Shown here piece after piece: positions 11,190 through 24,688 of a stretch of 64,000 nt of DNA. Under the pieces are notes generated by a model, which was not told where the DNA came from, made no database searches, and saw nothing but the letters and a program-made list of their open reading frames with translations. Origin of the DNA: Octopus sinensis (lineage: Eukaryota). The position numbers were made by a program, and so were the translations under genes. The stretch lies in NCBI RefSeq assembly GCF_006345805.1, contig NC_043001.1, forward strand, positions 117,552,001-117,616,000, read 5' to 3'. Positions within the stretch are counted from its first letter, which is position 1. Every line of letters begins with the position of its first letter.

Positions 11190-13258
11190 ATGAAAACTCA
11201 GCTTATTTTGCTAGGTATGATGGAAAGTGTCAGCTGTCCACAACCAGCAGACTAACATGACATCTGTTTTACTGGTCATGCTTCAAGAACCCTGCAAAGA
11301 ATTCTTGCAGTTCCAAATATTGCTGATTCTTGTAGGTGTTCTACCTTCACACTTGCACCAATTTTTTTCAGCCAAGTTGGTAGTTGAGTGTTGATACTTC
11401 CAAGTGCACCATTTACTATTGGTATCACGTCTTCCCTCTTCATTGACCACAACCTTCGTATTTCCCACTTCAAATCGTCACAGTTGTTTATTTTTCTTCT
11501 TTTACATTGATCCTGTTGTCCCCGGGGACATGCTATGTCAATTATCATACATGTTCTTTCTTTTTTATTCACAACAATGTCCGGTTTCCGATGCCAGGTT
11601 GGGTAATCGCACTGGATCATTGCATCCTACAGGATTTTGTAACTCTCATCTTCGGTGACTCCTCCTGGAGTTTACTCACACCACGTCTTTGCTCTTTGTA
11701 GGCTGTGATTTCCCATTCTTGCCACATTGTCATAGCGTCTTTTGTATTCGCGTTGTGCCGATTTCGGGCATTCGCTAATGACGTGCCATATCATTTCACC
11801 CCTCTCACCACACATTCTGCATTTGTCACTATTGGTAGGGTTGTCCATTCTGCACTTTATATAATTGGTCATTCACGCTTGTTCCTGAGCTGCGCATATG
11901 AGTGCTTCTGTCTCTATCTTCAGGTCACTCCTCCTATTCCATAGCCACCGGTCCTCTGTATCTGTCTTGGCGTTCACATCGTACATTTTCTTTTCCTGCC
12001 ATGCTTTTTATTTATTTGCTCATTTCTTGTTTAAATTTTTCTTTAGTTAAATAAATTTCAATTTTGATGACGCCGGCTTTCGTGTGTTTCAGCAGTGGAT
12101 CCAAAGCATTTTTTTATCTATCACCCTAAACTGTTTTCCTCTGCTTCGATAAAGTCCTGACAACTGATCAAACCTCTCCTGTCCTTTCTTCTGGACAAGT
12201 ACAGCTTATCAGTGTCACTCTTAAGGTAGAAGGTTGTGTGTACTGTCAACATTTTTCTGGTCTTGGTATCCATTTTCTTTATTTCTCTCTTTTGCCATTT
12301 TATAATTCCCGCTTCATACAGAAGTGATGCTATCGTCCACGTACTAACTGCTTGGATTGTATTCCATCCAGTTAATTCTGAGCGCGATGCCAACCTCAAT
12401 CTTCGGAAATACTCTATCCTCAGTTGCTCTTTCATTTCCTTTTTCATTATCACGTTGAACTCTAGTACACCAAGATATTTGTATCCTTCCGTTTCAATTT
12501 GTTTAATCAAGTCTCTATTCGGTAATTCTATCCCTGCTAAGGACTGCACCTCGCCCCTTTTAAGGTAGATTATTTCGCACGTCTTGAGTCCTAATTCCAT
12601 TCTAAAATCAGTACTAAAGCAGTGGATTCAATTCACCAAGGAACTCACTTGTGCCTCATCTTTGCCATAGAGTTTCAAATCATCCATGAAGAGGAGGCGG
12701 TTGGTTGCTTGGGATTTTCCCTTTAGTTGGTACCCTAGGTTCATTTTTCTAAGTACCAAGGTCAGGAGTGTCTTGCAGAGAACAAAAAGCAACGGAGATA
12801 GGCTGTCACCCTGGAAAATCCCTCTTCTGATAGCCAGAGTGCCCAAGCTTTATCCATAAGATGTCAGTTCAGTTTTCCATCCCACCATACTTCTCTTCAG
12901 GAAACACCTTACATTCCTCGTAATTCCAAACAGATCTAAGCACTCGATGATCCACGAATGTAGAATTATATCATAAGCTTTGCGATAGTCAATCCAGGCC
13001 GTTCCCAGATTTGTTCTCCTTCGTTTACAATCTTACATTACCCTTTTGTCTATTAATAGTTGATCTTTGGTACCTCTGCATCTCCTTCTACAGCCTTTTT
13101 GTTCCGGCGGTAATATATCGTTCTCATCACGAAATTTATACAGTTCTATTGCAATTCCTTCTCTTAATAACTTCCACATTAATGGGAGGCAGAAGATTGG
13201 TCTATAATTGTCAGCAGCATTTCCCTTTGATGCATCCTTCAGGCACAACGCTGTATCC

Positions 13259-13260
<2 letters not shown>
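11190..13260 (-). pseudogene. R4/Dong-clade RLE retrotransposon (RT + CCHC + PD-(D/E)XK endonuclease), 5'-truncated and frameshifted, 'DongB'
   Basis: [99 protein letters not shown]; preceded by (AAT)n and followed by an AAT/ATG tail. Confidence 0.95.
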
Positions 13261-13311
<51 letters not shown>

Positions 13312-13869
13312 GAGTGAGAGAGCAGTGCATGCCATCAAAGTGACACTGGGGTAAAATATACGAAGCCCAATATACCCATCATGACTACCCGTCTGATAAG
13401 GGTACACCAGGCACATGCATCACAACCATATGTGCGTGACATGGTGATCTCATACCAAGATAAACAGCACGTGACCTTGCAGGTGGGGCCCAGTTAGAAT
13501 TTTCTTCAGGTTGAGTAGCCCATCCCGCTCAAAAGGTCCCTGAATAAGGGTTGTTTAAGGATGTTGAAAGAACCACCCATGTTTCCAGAGGTGAATTATT
13601 CAAACCCCAAAGAATCCCTTTCAACACATGGCTATGATGCTCCCCCACTACTTCTGCTCGTGATCAGAGATGCACATATCGTCAGCCACTAAGGGACATG
13701 CTCAACTGGTTACGGTCAAACAACTGACAAGCAAATCTGTGGTATTGAGCGGAATATTTGCTGTAGCCCATCTTTTATACCAAGACAAAACAATGTACAT
13801 GATAACACTTCCAATCAGTTCAGATCAGAAGCCATGAGATCCACTGCCTGGTACTGCATCAGGGCATTT
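13312..13869 (-). mobile_element. Element X, full-length copy 2 (~558 bp)
   Basis: Flanked by (AAT)n on both sides; homologous to 10137-10675, 31797-31897 and 33255-33356. Confidence 0.92.
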
Positions 13870-13882
13870 ATTATTATTATTA

Positions 13883-13961
<79 letters not shown>

Positions 13962-13988
13962 GTCATCGTCATCATCATCATCATCACC

Positions 13989-14052
<64 letters not shown>

Positions 14053-14053
14053 A

Positions 14054-14129
<76 letters not shown>

Positions 14130-14212
14130 GTTATTATTATTAATATTATTATTATTATTATCATTATTATTATTATTATTATTATTATCATTATTATTAT
14201 TAATTATTATTA

Positions 14213-14285
<73 letters not shown>
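13870..14285. repeat. Compound triplet microsatellite (ATT)n-(ATC)n-(ACC)n-(ATC)n-(ATT)n
   Basis: Direct inspection. Confidence 0.95.
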
Positions 14286-14287
<2 letters not shown>

Positions 14288-14584
14288 CTGCGCTTCTTCA
14301 AAACAGGAGACAAAGCTTTCGGTTGCTGCATAATGTACTTAGCACGTACATACCATCATTAACAATAACTTAACATCTTTCAGAATTAAAGATTGTTTTG
14401 TTCTTGTTGTCAGTTTCAAGTTACTGAAGTTTTAAAAAGACCATATAGGTCAAAATGGAACTGTTATGTATTACATTAATACGCACACATACATATGTGT
14501 AGGAAGTGGTATCAAAAAGTCCAGGAACGTGCCATCACATGGTGGGATAGAACAATGGCTGAGGCTTCAGTGTCACGCACACCT

Positions 14585-16205
14585 ATTTCTTTGGGAGATC
14601 TCCTGAATTGTGAAGTTAGTAATCCATTCGTGTTGTGGCATAAATATAAGAATGATTTATCAGAAGACTACAAATATCAAGGACAATTAAAATTCCCCGA
14701 GAAAGAAATAGCATTCAACGATGACATATAATTCTGCATTGATTGATATTGAAGATCGTGTTGTCTCAATGGAAAAGGTAGAGCTCAGGCTGTTTAGCTT
14801 ACCTGAAATTTGATCACAGAAGTTTTGCGAGAAACTTCATATAATATTGATTCATTAACCAGATTCCTTGAAGAAAATGTCCCGATGCTTTTACCAGATT
14901 AATAACTTGCATAATATGCAACAATCACTAACCAAGTGACACATAAGAGAGGAGGATTAGATTTTTTTAGACGCACCAGGTGGAACTGGAAAAATTTTTG
15001 TTACAAATTTAGTACTAGCCAAAGTCCGACAGAAGAAGGAAATAGCTTTAGCTGTAGCGAGCTCTGAAATTGCTGCGACTTTACTCCCAGGTGGTCGAAC
15101 AGCTCACGTAGTATTCAAGCTGCCATTCAATCTAACTTAAAACGATGAACTTGTCTGCAATATTAGTAAAAGTCCTTGTTTAGCTCAAGTTCTCAAGAAA
15201 TGTTCATTGATCATATGGGACGAAGATACAATGTCCCATAAAAAAATCAGTAGAAGCTGTAAAAGAAAGTGCTGCAGGATTTGCGCAATTCCAATTGTTT
15301 GATGGGAGGTATGACAGTAGTACTTTCAGGTGATTTCAGACAAACTTTGCCAGTGATTCCCAAGGGAACAAAGGCGGATGAATTGAATGCATGCTTGAAA
15401 TTTTCTGTTTTATGGAAACATATCAAAGTGTTAAAAGCTTTCTACAAATATGATGGCACATTTGCATGGGGATCGTCTGTCGGAACGATTTGCCCATAAT
15501 ATTTTGCAACTTGGTGAAGGAAGACTAGATATGAATCATGAAGGCGACTTGGATCCATAAAAAATCTGCACCTTGGTCATCTTGGTTGAGGAACTTATTG
15601 AAAATATTTTCCCAAGTATAATTTCAAATCACACAAATGCTGCTTGGTTCTGCGAAAGGTAATCATGGCACCAAAGAACATTACTGTGAATAATTTAAAT
15701 GAAAGACTTGAGACACTTTTACCAGGAGACGAACATGGATGAATCGGAAATAGTCAATTACCCGGTTGAGTTCTTAAACCCACTGCAGCCACCGGGAGCT
15801 CTTCCTCATTGCCTTCCATTGAAAACTGGCTCCAATCATGCTTCTGCGCAACCTTTCTCAACCAAAGGTGTGCAATGGCACGAGATTTGTTGTCAGGAAA
15901 TTAATGATAAATGTCATAGAAGCTACAATAATTTCCGGCTGTGAAAAAGCCGAAGGTGTTTTTATTCCTCGCTTCCCTTCAATGCTTTCCAATATACCCT
16001 TCGAGTTCAAACGACTTCAATTTCCAATTGATAAGTCCATTAATACGTCCCAAGGTCAGACTTTGAAAGTTGCTGGTTTGCAATTAGAAGAGGACTGATT
16101 CTCACACAGTCAGTTATATGTCGGGACATCAAGAGTGGAGAGCAAGAACCATCTTTTCGTTTTTGCCCCTCCTGTAAAACCCGAAACATTGTCTATAGGA
16201 AGTTT
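14585..16205 (+). pseudogene. Helitron RepHel PIF1-like helicase relic
   Basis: CEVSNPFVLWHKYKNDLSED, DAPGGTGKIFV (Walker A), LLPGGRTAH, IIWDE, VVLSGDFRQTLPVIPKG, MLLRNL..CNGTR, SQGQTLKVAG, QLYVGTSRV; many stops and frameshifts. Confidence 0.95.
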
Positions 16206-16605
16206 TTACCATGGGATCAAGAAACTAAAATTTGCAGAATGATTAATAATTTTGATTTGATATTGTCAACGTCACACTATATTCGTCTAAGAAAAGTTAT
16301 TTGTATTTTTGTCTGTTGTAATAGAAAAGTTCAATAAATTATAGTACTCATGTTCTTAGTTTTCTCCGACCTTTTATTTGTACTAGACATACGCCAAAGT
16401 CTGCGATGTTTGTTTCATTTATAGACAGAAATCATAGATCAGAAGTTTATATACACTCATGATGATATTGGCCAGAAGAAAATAGCTCTAATGAAATTTA
16501 ATAACCATTTCTTATATATGTACAATACAATTTGACAGCTTTTTTTACCCCAGTCAATGACGGGATTTTCTGCTAGTACATACATACATACATATGTATA
16601 TGTAT

Positions 16606-16718
<113 letters not shown>

Positions 16719-16799
16719 TGTGTGTATATATGTATATATATGTATGTATATATGTGTGTGTGCATGTATGTATGTATGTATGTATGTATGTATATGTCA

Positions 16800-17240
16800 G
16801 GTCACTTTCGAGTGCTACAGATAACATGTAACCCAGTACAACCTGCTGCATGGTCGGGTCGTCGGTGACTAAACCGGCAACCCCACCAAGCTTGCTTTGT
16901 GAGGAGGGTGTTTATTGGACACCCCGCGGGATGAAAAACAAAACCCGTCAAAGAGAGGAGGAACTCTTGGGAGTCAACGGCCATCCAATAAATGTCTTTA
17001 GGCTGTATCATGCGCGGGGACATAGAAATAATCGGTCTGAATACCCGATCGCGCGGTTAAACCATTGGGAGTGAAGGACTCCTAGCCTTTGTTAGGGCAT
17101 CCTTCTAGGAGAAGGTAACTCAGGTAACTGGGATAACTCCGACATAAAACCTGCGGCTCAGTGGCTACCGATGATGTTGACTTATTCTTCTTTTCGGATT
17201 ATGGCTGCTGTTGCTTAGTGAGTGGGATTGACTCAGTGCA
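16800..17240 (+). mobile_element. Possible RTE-type LINE 5' leader fragment
   Basis: GC-richer block with ggcaaccccacc and ctaggagaaggtaactc...aaaacctgcggc motifs resembling RTE 5' UTRs; no ORF support. Confidence 0.35.
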
Positions 17241-17781
17241 CAGCCTTTCCTCACTTTTAAAAAATCTTCTTGCACAGGTATTGCACGATAACATTGATTA
17301 AGCTTCGTGCAATGACCATACTCGATAACGAGGGGGCAGCCACCATGTATGTATGTATGTATGTATGTATATATATAGGCAATAATGCGAATAGACAAAT
17401 TAGATATATTAAATATGTTTGAGTATGAGATACAAAATATTTAAATCAGTATACATGCAAAACGAAAGAAAGTAAAAAGTGGACTCTTTCAGACGATGAA
17501 TATTCAAATATATGTATATAGACAGAGAAAATTAAAGCGGTGGAAGAAAGGCGCTATAAACCAAACAGCTGTTTCTGGGGTCTCAGAGATCCATTCTAAT
17601 GTTGGTAGATGTATATCATCACAATATATGGCCGTAATGGAAGCAATTAACATTGGATAAGTCGAGCTTCCATCATCGAGGTAGAAAAGAGCTTACAGTT
17701 TAGATCTTAATGCAGAGAAGTTCAAAGATGGAATCATGTGTATGTGTGTTTATATTAATTATATACATGCATATAAATACA

Positions 17782-17784
<3 letters not shown>

Positions 17785-17842
<58 letters not shown>

Positions 17843-17887
17843 CTGTCTATCTATCTATCTGTCTATCTATCTATCTATCTATCTATC

Positions 17888-17929
<42 letters not shown>

Positions 17930-17930
17930 A

Positions 17931-18015
<85 letters not shown>

Positions 18016-18018
18016 TTT

Positions 18019-18090
<72 letters not shown>
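17785..18090. repeat. (TATC)n/(TGTC)n/(CT)n/(AT)n compound microsatellite
   Basis: Direct inspection. Confidence 0.95.
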
Positions 18091-18095
<5 letters not shown>

Positions 18096-18631
18096 TATGG
18101 AGGCCAAATCTTCACTATTGTGACTTTCCGTTTCGCCACCTCAGTTTAAATTAATCTATTACAATATATTTTGCATTCAATACACCTTTTTCTCCTGTCT
18201 TCACGTGTGTCTGTGTGTGTGTGTGTGCGCGTGTTTGTTTGTTTGTTTGTGTGTGTGTCTGTATTCATCTCTGTGTGTTCATGCCGGTGTGTGTGAGCGC
18301 GCGCGTCCGCAAAATTTGTATTACATATTCAAAAGAAACATGTATGAATATACACGTTTGCTTATATGCATCCATATACATACATACATACATACATACA
18401 TACATACATACATACATACATGCATACATACATACATACATACATATACATACATACATACACACATACATACATACATACACACACACGCATACATACA
18501 TACATACATACATACATACATACATACATACATACATACATACATACATACATACATACATAGATACAATCACACATATACTCATACTTACATACATGAA
18601 TACGCATAGGCACACGCATACATGCGTTATG

Positions 18632-18664
<33 letters not shown>

Positions 18665-18854
18665 AATACACACACACACACACACACAAATACACATGCA
18701 CGCACAAAGTAATCTTTATTCAGTTACATTTTTGAACCCTGAAATATGAATAACTCTCAACTTTCAGTAATGAAATTAGGAGACGGGAGTTGTTAGATAA
18801 ATAAATAAATAAATAAAGAAGGGAAAGAAAGAAAGAAAGGAAGGAAAGAAAGGA

Positions 18855-18885
<31 letters not shown>

Positions 18886-18887
18886 GA

Positions 18888-18919
<32 letters not shown>

Positions 18920-19298
18920 AATATGTTGAAGAAATATTTGAATAATTAAACAACTTGAAACTTTCTCGATCTGCTTGAAACGATTTTGTAGCAGAGATGG
19001 CGCTGTTGTTATTGGAACTGCCGCTGCCGGTGCTGCTGCTCTGCCTCTGTTGTTGCTGATGGTACTGTTATTGCTGCTGTCGTTACTGATGTCGTTATTG
19101 CTGCTGCGGCTGCTGCTGACGTTGTCGACGGTGATGTCGTTGTTGTTGTTGCTGATGTTCCGATCATTGAAGTTATACATATGTTTTGGTGATGCAATTA
19201 TTGCTGTTGTTGTTATTGCTGCCGTTGCTCTTGTTTTTTCTTATTGTTGTTGTTGCTGTTGTCGGATTTTGATAATGTTGTGACGTTGCAGATATTGC

Positions 19299-19330
<32 letters not shown>

Positions 19331-19724
19331 TTGCTCTTGTCACTCATGTTCTTATGCTGTTGTCGTTGTTGTTGTTGCTGCTGTTGTTGTCACTCATGTT
19401 CTTATGCTGCTGTTGTTGAATATAGTCATTACTCTTACTATATCCACTATAACTACTGCTGCTGCGGCTGCGGCTGCTGCTGCTGTGGATGCTATTGTTG
19501 TTGTCATTGTAGTAAGTGTTGTCGTTGCTATGGCTACTGATGTCCTTCATACTGCTGCAGTTGTTGTTGTTGCTATTACCGACACTGTTGCGTTTGTTAC
19601 TATTGTTGTTGTTGCTCTCACCGTTATCGATCCTGCCATTGTTGTTGTTGTTGTTGTTGCTTATACTATTGAGATTGATGCTGTCGTCCGCTCTTCGGCA
19701 CTGATGCTGCTGTTGTCTTCTTCT

Positions 19725-20314
19725 TCTCTTCTTCTTCTTCTTCTTCTTCTTCTTCTTCTTCTTCTTCTTCTTCTTCTTCTTCTTCTTCTTCTTCTTCTTC
19801 TTCTTCTTCTTCTTCTTCTTCTTCCAATCAGGACTCACGCCATTAGCCACAAAAAATAATCTCTAAATTCGAGCCTACTCTAAGCTACTAAGAGTGCGTG
19901 TGGCAACTTGAAGATCCACCCACCCACCACACGCAATAGACTGGCGGTTGCACGGGCGCGAAAGCTACGTTGTTACCCTCATTCCGTAAACGGTGGCTTT
20001 TAACGGGTAGAGAGCTGAACCATCCTGGGGGTACAGAGGATTCGCAATCTAGACTAGGGTCTGAAAGTTTACCACACCATAGTGGGTAACACCATGGTTC
20101 CTCTGCTTTGTGGCAGAAGTATGAGGAAAGAGTGAAAGAAAGTTGTGGCGAAAGAGTACAGCGGGGGGGTTCACATTCCCCACCGCCGCCGAAGCATCGT
20201 GGAGCTTAGGTGGTTTTTGCTCAATAAACACTCACAATGCCCGGTCTGGGAATCGAAACCGCGTTCTTACGACCGCTAGTCCACTGCCCTCACCACTGGG
20301 CTATTGCGCCTCCA
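19725..20314 (-). mobile_element. tRNA-derived SINE family E with long (GAA)n tail
   Basis: Minus strand begins tggaggcgcaatagcccagtggtgagggcag (A box)...ggtttcgattcccagacc (B box) and ends ctgattg-(gaa)n. Confidence 0.8.
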
Positions 20315-20550
20315 CTGCTGCTGTTGTGATGGATGTTGCTATCGCTGTCATTGTGGCTGTTTTTGTTTTTTTTTCTAGTTGTGATGTTGTTAAAGTCGCT
20401 GGTGTTAAATAGTTGATTGCTTTAGTACTTGTTACGGTTGTTGTTTTTCTTCTTGTTCTTGTTGTTCATGTTCTTGACAATGGCTGAAGCCGTATAAACA
20501 AATTACCAGAATTATCTTCAATTTCATGATCAACTCATTCATTCTTGAAG

Positions 20551-20609
<59 letters not shown>

Positions 20610-20783
20610 GTTGCTGCTGCTGCTGCTGTTGTTACTACTACTACTACTACTACTGCTACCACCACCACCACCATCACCATCACCACCACCACCACTGCTG
20701 CTAATGTTACTACTATTTAAAAACAACAACAACTACTACTACTACTAATACTGTTACTGATGCTGTTGCTGCTGCTGCTGCTA

Positions 20784-20824
<41 letters not shown>

Positions 20825-20934
20825 GTCATGCATCTTCAGTGAATCGAGATGTCGATTAGTTTGTTGACACTTCAGTTCTTGATTTGCACTTTTAGCAACA
20901 GCAACTACAACAACAACAATAAGAAACATTGACG

Positions 20935-21135
20935 GTTTCCTTTCTATTGGCCACAAGGCCCCAAGAGATTGAGAACAATACCAAAAGACTAAATACAGTG
21001 TTGACTGCCCCCCGCAACATACAAATGTTTAAGAGGTACAATGGGATATCGTGACGTCCATGGGTATGAGAAATAGGTTCGGCAGGGAATCGAAACCGTA
21101 TCTTCAACTCGTTCAGCCGTAAGCTAACCACATTG
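20935..21135 (-). mobile_element. Divergent SINE related to family A with tail ggggccttgtggccaatagaaagg
   Basis: Minus strand has ggtttcgattccctgccg (B box) and the ccttgtggccaata tail. Confidence 0.6.
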
Positions 21136-21422
21136 AGTTGACCAAAAGTAATTACTAAAATAATGCTAAATGGAGGTGGTCGTGGTGATGGTGGTGGGGA
21201 CGGTCGTCGTGGTGATGGTGGTGACGGTGGCATAGTAATAGCAGCGATGCCGGCGGTTTTAGTTTGTAGCAAATATAAATATAATAAATGTTTGCGTATA
21301 AAGTTGGAAAGAAAGTTTCGTGAATCTGTGATATTCATTCTTGTCCACAGCACTCATGCACGCACGTGAATATATGTGTGTGTGTGATATGCATCCTCTC
21401 TGTCCTCTCTCTCACTCCTCTC

Positions 21423-21469
<47 letters not shown>

Positions 21470-22419
21470 TTTAATTTATATATATATATACATACATACA
21501 TAAAACACACACACACACACATATTCTTCCCAAAATGACATTTTTATTTTCTTTCATCCTAAACTCTTTCTCTTGGTTTTCCTTCATTTTTGCCTCTTTT
21601 CTTTTCCTTCGCTTCTTTCATTCTATTTCCTTTTTATTCCAGAGTTCTTGTCGTCGTCGTCGTAGTTGTTCTCTGTGGTGACGGCGACAGTGGCGGTGGT
21701 GGTAGTGGTGGTGGTCTTTTCCTCCTCCTCCTCCACTTTCTTCTTCTTCTTCTTCTTCTTCTTCTTCTTCTTCTTTGTTGTTATTTACTTTTCGCTATTG
21801 CTGCTGTTTCTTCTTCTTCTTCTCCTTCTCCTCCTCCTCCTCCTCCTCCTCCTTCTTCTTCTTCTTCTTCTTCTTCTTCTTCTTTGTTGTTATTTACTTT
21901 TCGCTATTGCTGCTGTTTCTTCTTCTTCTTCTCCTTCCCCTCCTCCTCCTCCTCCTCCTCCTTCTTCTTCTTCTTCTTCTTCTTCTTCTTCTTCTTCTTT
22001 GTTGTTGTTATGTACTTTTTCGCTATCGCTGCTTCTTTCTTCACATTTTCCATCTCTTCTTTTGTCGTACTCTCATATCGTTTCGTTCTTATCAGATTCT
22101 AACTTCTTCTTCTTCCCCTCTCTACTTTCACTTTCTTTCTCTTCTGTGTCTCCTTTCCTTTTACCTTCTTTTATCTTCTTCCTCTTCCATTCCATCTTGT
22201 GTCACACCATTTTCGTCTTTCTCCTCTCTTTCATACTATCTTTCATAACTCACCGTCCATCTTAGCTGACATACCGTGTGGATTGCGTATAATATTGTAA
22301 GTTCTTCTCCGATACGTGTATGTGTGTGTGAGGGGTGCGTGTGTACGTAATACCTATGAGCCTGTGCAGGCTTTTCTATATGTTGTATATGTACGCTGAC
22401 GCATACACGTACGTACATA

Positions 22420-22862
22420 CATGCATGCATGCATGCATGCATACATACATACATACATACATACATACATGCATACATGCATACATACACACATACATAT
22501 ATACATACATGCATACATACATACATGCATACATACATACATACATACATACATACATACATACATACATACATACAGACAGACATATATACATACATAC
22601 ATACATACATGCATACATACATACATACATACATACACACATACATACATACATACAAACATACATATATACATACATACATACATACACATGCATACAT
22701 ACATATATACATACATGCATACATACATACATACATACATACATACATACATGCATACATACATACATGCATGCATACATACATACATACATACATACAT
22801 ACATACATACATACATACATACATACATACATACATACATACATACATACATACATACATGT
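22420..22862. repeat. (TACA)n microsatellite (similar tracts at 18370-18600, 23600-23870, 48750-49265, 63595-63780)
   Basis: Direct inspection; source of the MYVC/HTYI pseudo-ORFs. Confidence 0.97.
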
Positions 22863-24257
22863 ATACACGCACACTCTCGTTTTCAAACATACACACATAT
22901 TCGATTATGCATGCCGTACACCCATCTGCGTGTGTATGTGTACGCCTACTTGTTTGTGCGTGCTCGGTTATCTGTGTGTGTGCGTGTGTGTGTGTGTGCG
23001 TGTGTGTATACTTCTTTGACAAAAAGGGCACGTAAAAGAAAACAAGTGTTGTTGAAGGCATATGGTGGCGGTGGCGGTGGCGGGGGGGGATTGAAGGAGA
23101 TGGGAAATTGAGTGGTCGGTTGGATGGATGGATAACATGGGAGAAGGAAGCGCTGTTGGTGGAGATAGTGGGAGTAGAGGTTCTTGTGATGGTAGTATTG
23201 GTCGCGGCGGCGGCGATGGTGGTGGTTTGTGAGTGGAGTGAGGTGTGGGGTGGGGAGGGAAAGGCTAGTTGGTCTAGTAACTGCTATGGAAACGTAACAC
23301 CACTTGAGATGTCCTCTGCATTGTAATTAAAAGTTTCACATCAGACAGTAACCCGGGGTCAGTCCCTTAATAAAAGCTTTCGCAAATCGGTTAAACACCT
23401 ACTAATTAATCAGTCTTTTAATGATAATTGCTTTGTCTTGGTTCACACTCTCAGCTACACACACACACAAACACATACACATAAACACAAACACACACAT
23501 TTACATTCACACACACATACACAGCACATACAACATAAAACAATAACATACACTTTAATATTCTGTATAAACACACACACACACACTACGCATGTACGCA
23601 TGTACGCATGTATGTATGTATGTATGCATGTATGTATGTATGTATGTATGTATGTATGTATGTATGTATGTATGTATGTGTGTATGTATGTATGTATGTA
23701 TGTATGTATGTATGTATGTATGTGTGTGTGTATGTATGTATGTATGTATGTGTGTATGTATGTATGTATGTATGTATGTATGTATGTATGTATGTATGTA
23801 TGTATGTATGTGTGTATGTATGTATGTATGTATGTATGTGTGTATGTATGTATGTATGTGTGTATGTATATTCATTATATGCATTATGCAATATGTGTCT
23901 ACATTGCAAGTACGGTATATATGAAATATCTGTGTGTGTGTGTGTGTGTGCGTATGCTATGATAAAAGAGGAAGTGTATTAGTGAAATGTAATTAACGAC
24001 AGCAAAGAGGAAATCAAAACCTCAAATAATACCGAAAATCCAAATTATGAGCTGCCTATTTTGTGAAGGGAACACTATACTTGCTTGCATCTGGTCCCTT
24101 TTCGACAATGAGGAAATAAAACGTAAAATTAACCTAAGTAGCTATTTCTTATTTTAGTAATACCTGTAATACCTGATAGTTACGTTCTAAAGTTAACAAA
24201 TAATGCGATTTGAACAAAAACTAATGATAATAGAAGTTGGTCCGTACCATTTAACAT

Positions 24258-24688
24258 GCGCAGGAGTGGCTGTGTGGTAAGTCGCTTGCTAACCAACCAC
24301 ATGGTTCCGGGTTCAGTCCCACTGCGTGGCATCTTGGGCAAGTGTCTTCTGCTATAGCCTCGGGCCGACCAATGCCTTGTGAGTTGATTTGGTAGACGGA
24401 AACTGAAAGAAGCCCGTCGTATATATGTATATATATATGTGTGTATGTGTGTGTATATGTTTGTGTGTCTGTGTTTGTCCCCCTAGCATTGCTTGACAAC
24501 CGATGCTGGTGTGTTTACGTCCCCGTCACTTAGCGGTTCGGCAAAAGAGACCGATAGAATAAGTACTGGGCTTACAAAGAATAAGTCTTGGGGTCGATTT
24601 GTTCGACTAAAGGCGGTGCTCCAGCATGGCCGCAGTCAAATGACTGAAACAAGTTAAAGAGTAAAAGAGTAAAGAGAGTAAAGAGAGT
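24258..24688 (+). mobile_element. Full-length tRNA-derived SINE family C (CORE-like centre)
   Basis: A box gtggctgtgtggta, B box gggttcagtccc, CORE-like cttgggcaagtgtctt, internal AT/GT microsatellite, (aaagagt)n tail. Confidence 0.9.

Noticed and set aside
14495-14580. mariner-like TIR (ggtatcaaaaagtcc) ahead of the Helitron relic
   Set aside because: Short and degenerate, with no partner TIR or transposase
16825-16880. Possible HDV-like ribozyme in the putative RTE leader (acc-tgctgcat-ggt, ctaa-accgg)
   Set aside because: P3, an 8-nt L3 and a CTAA J4/2 can be drawn, but P1 needs mismatches and P1.1 cannot pair; a covariance-model search on the family consensus would be needed
18960-19720. 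Ala/Val/Leu- or Asn/Ser-rich ORFs
   Set aside because: Degenerate TGC/TTG triplet repeats open in several frames, with no domain or splice evidence
20250-20314. tRNA-like sequences here and at 24258, 39465 and the family A heads
   Set aside because: They have A/B boxes but no complete cloverleaf and run into SINE bodies, so they are SINE heads and not tRNA genes
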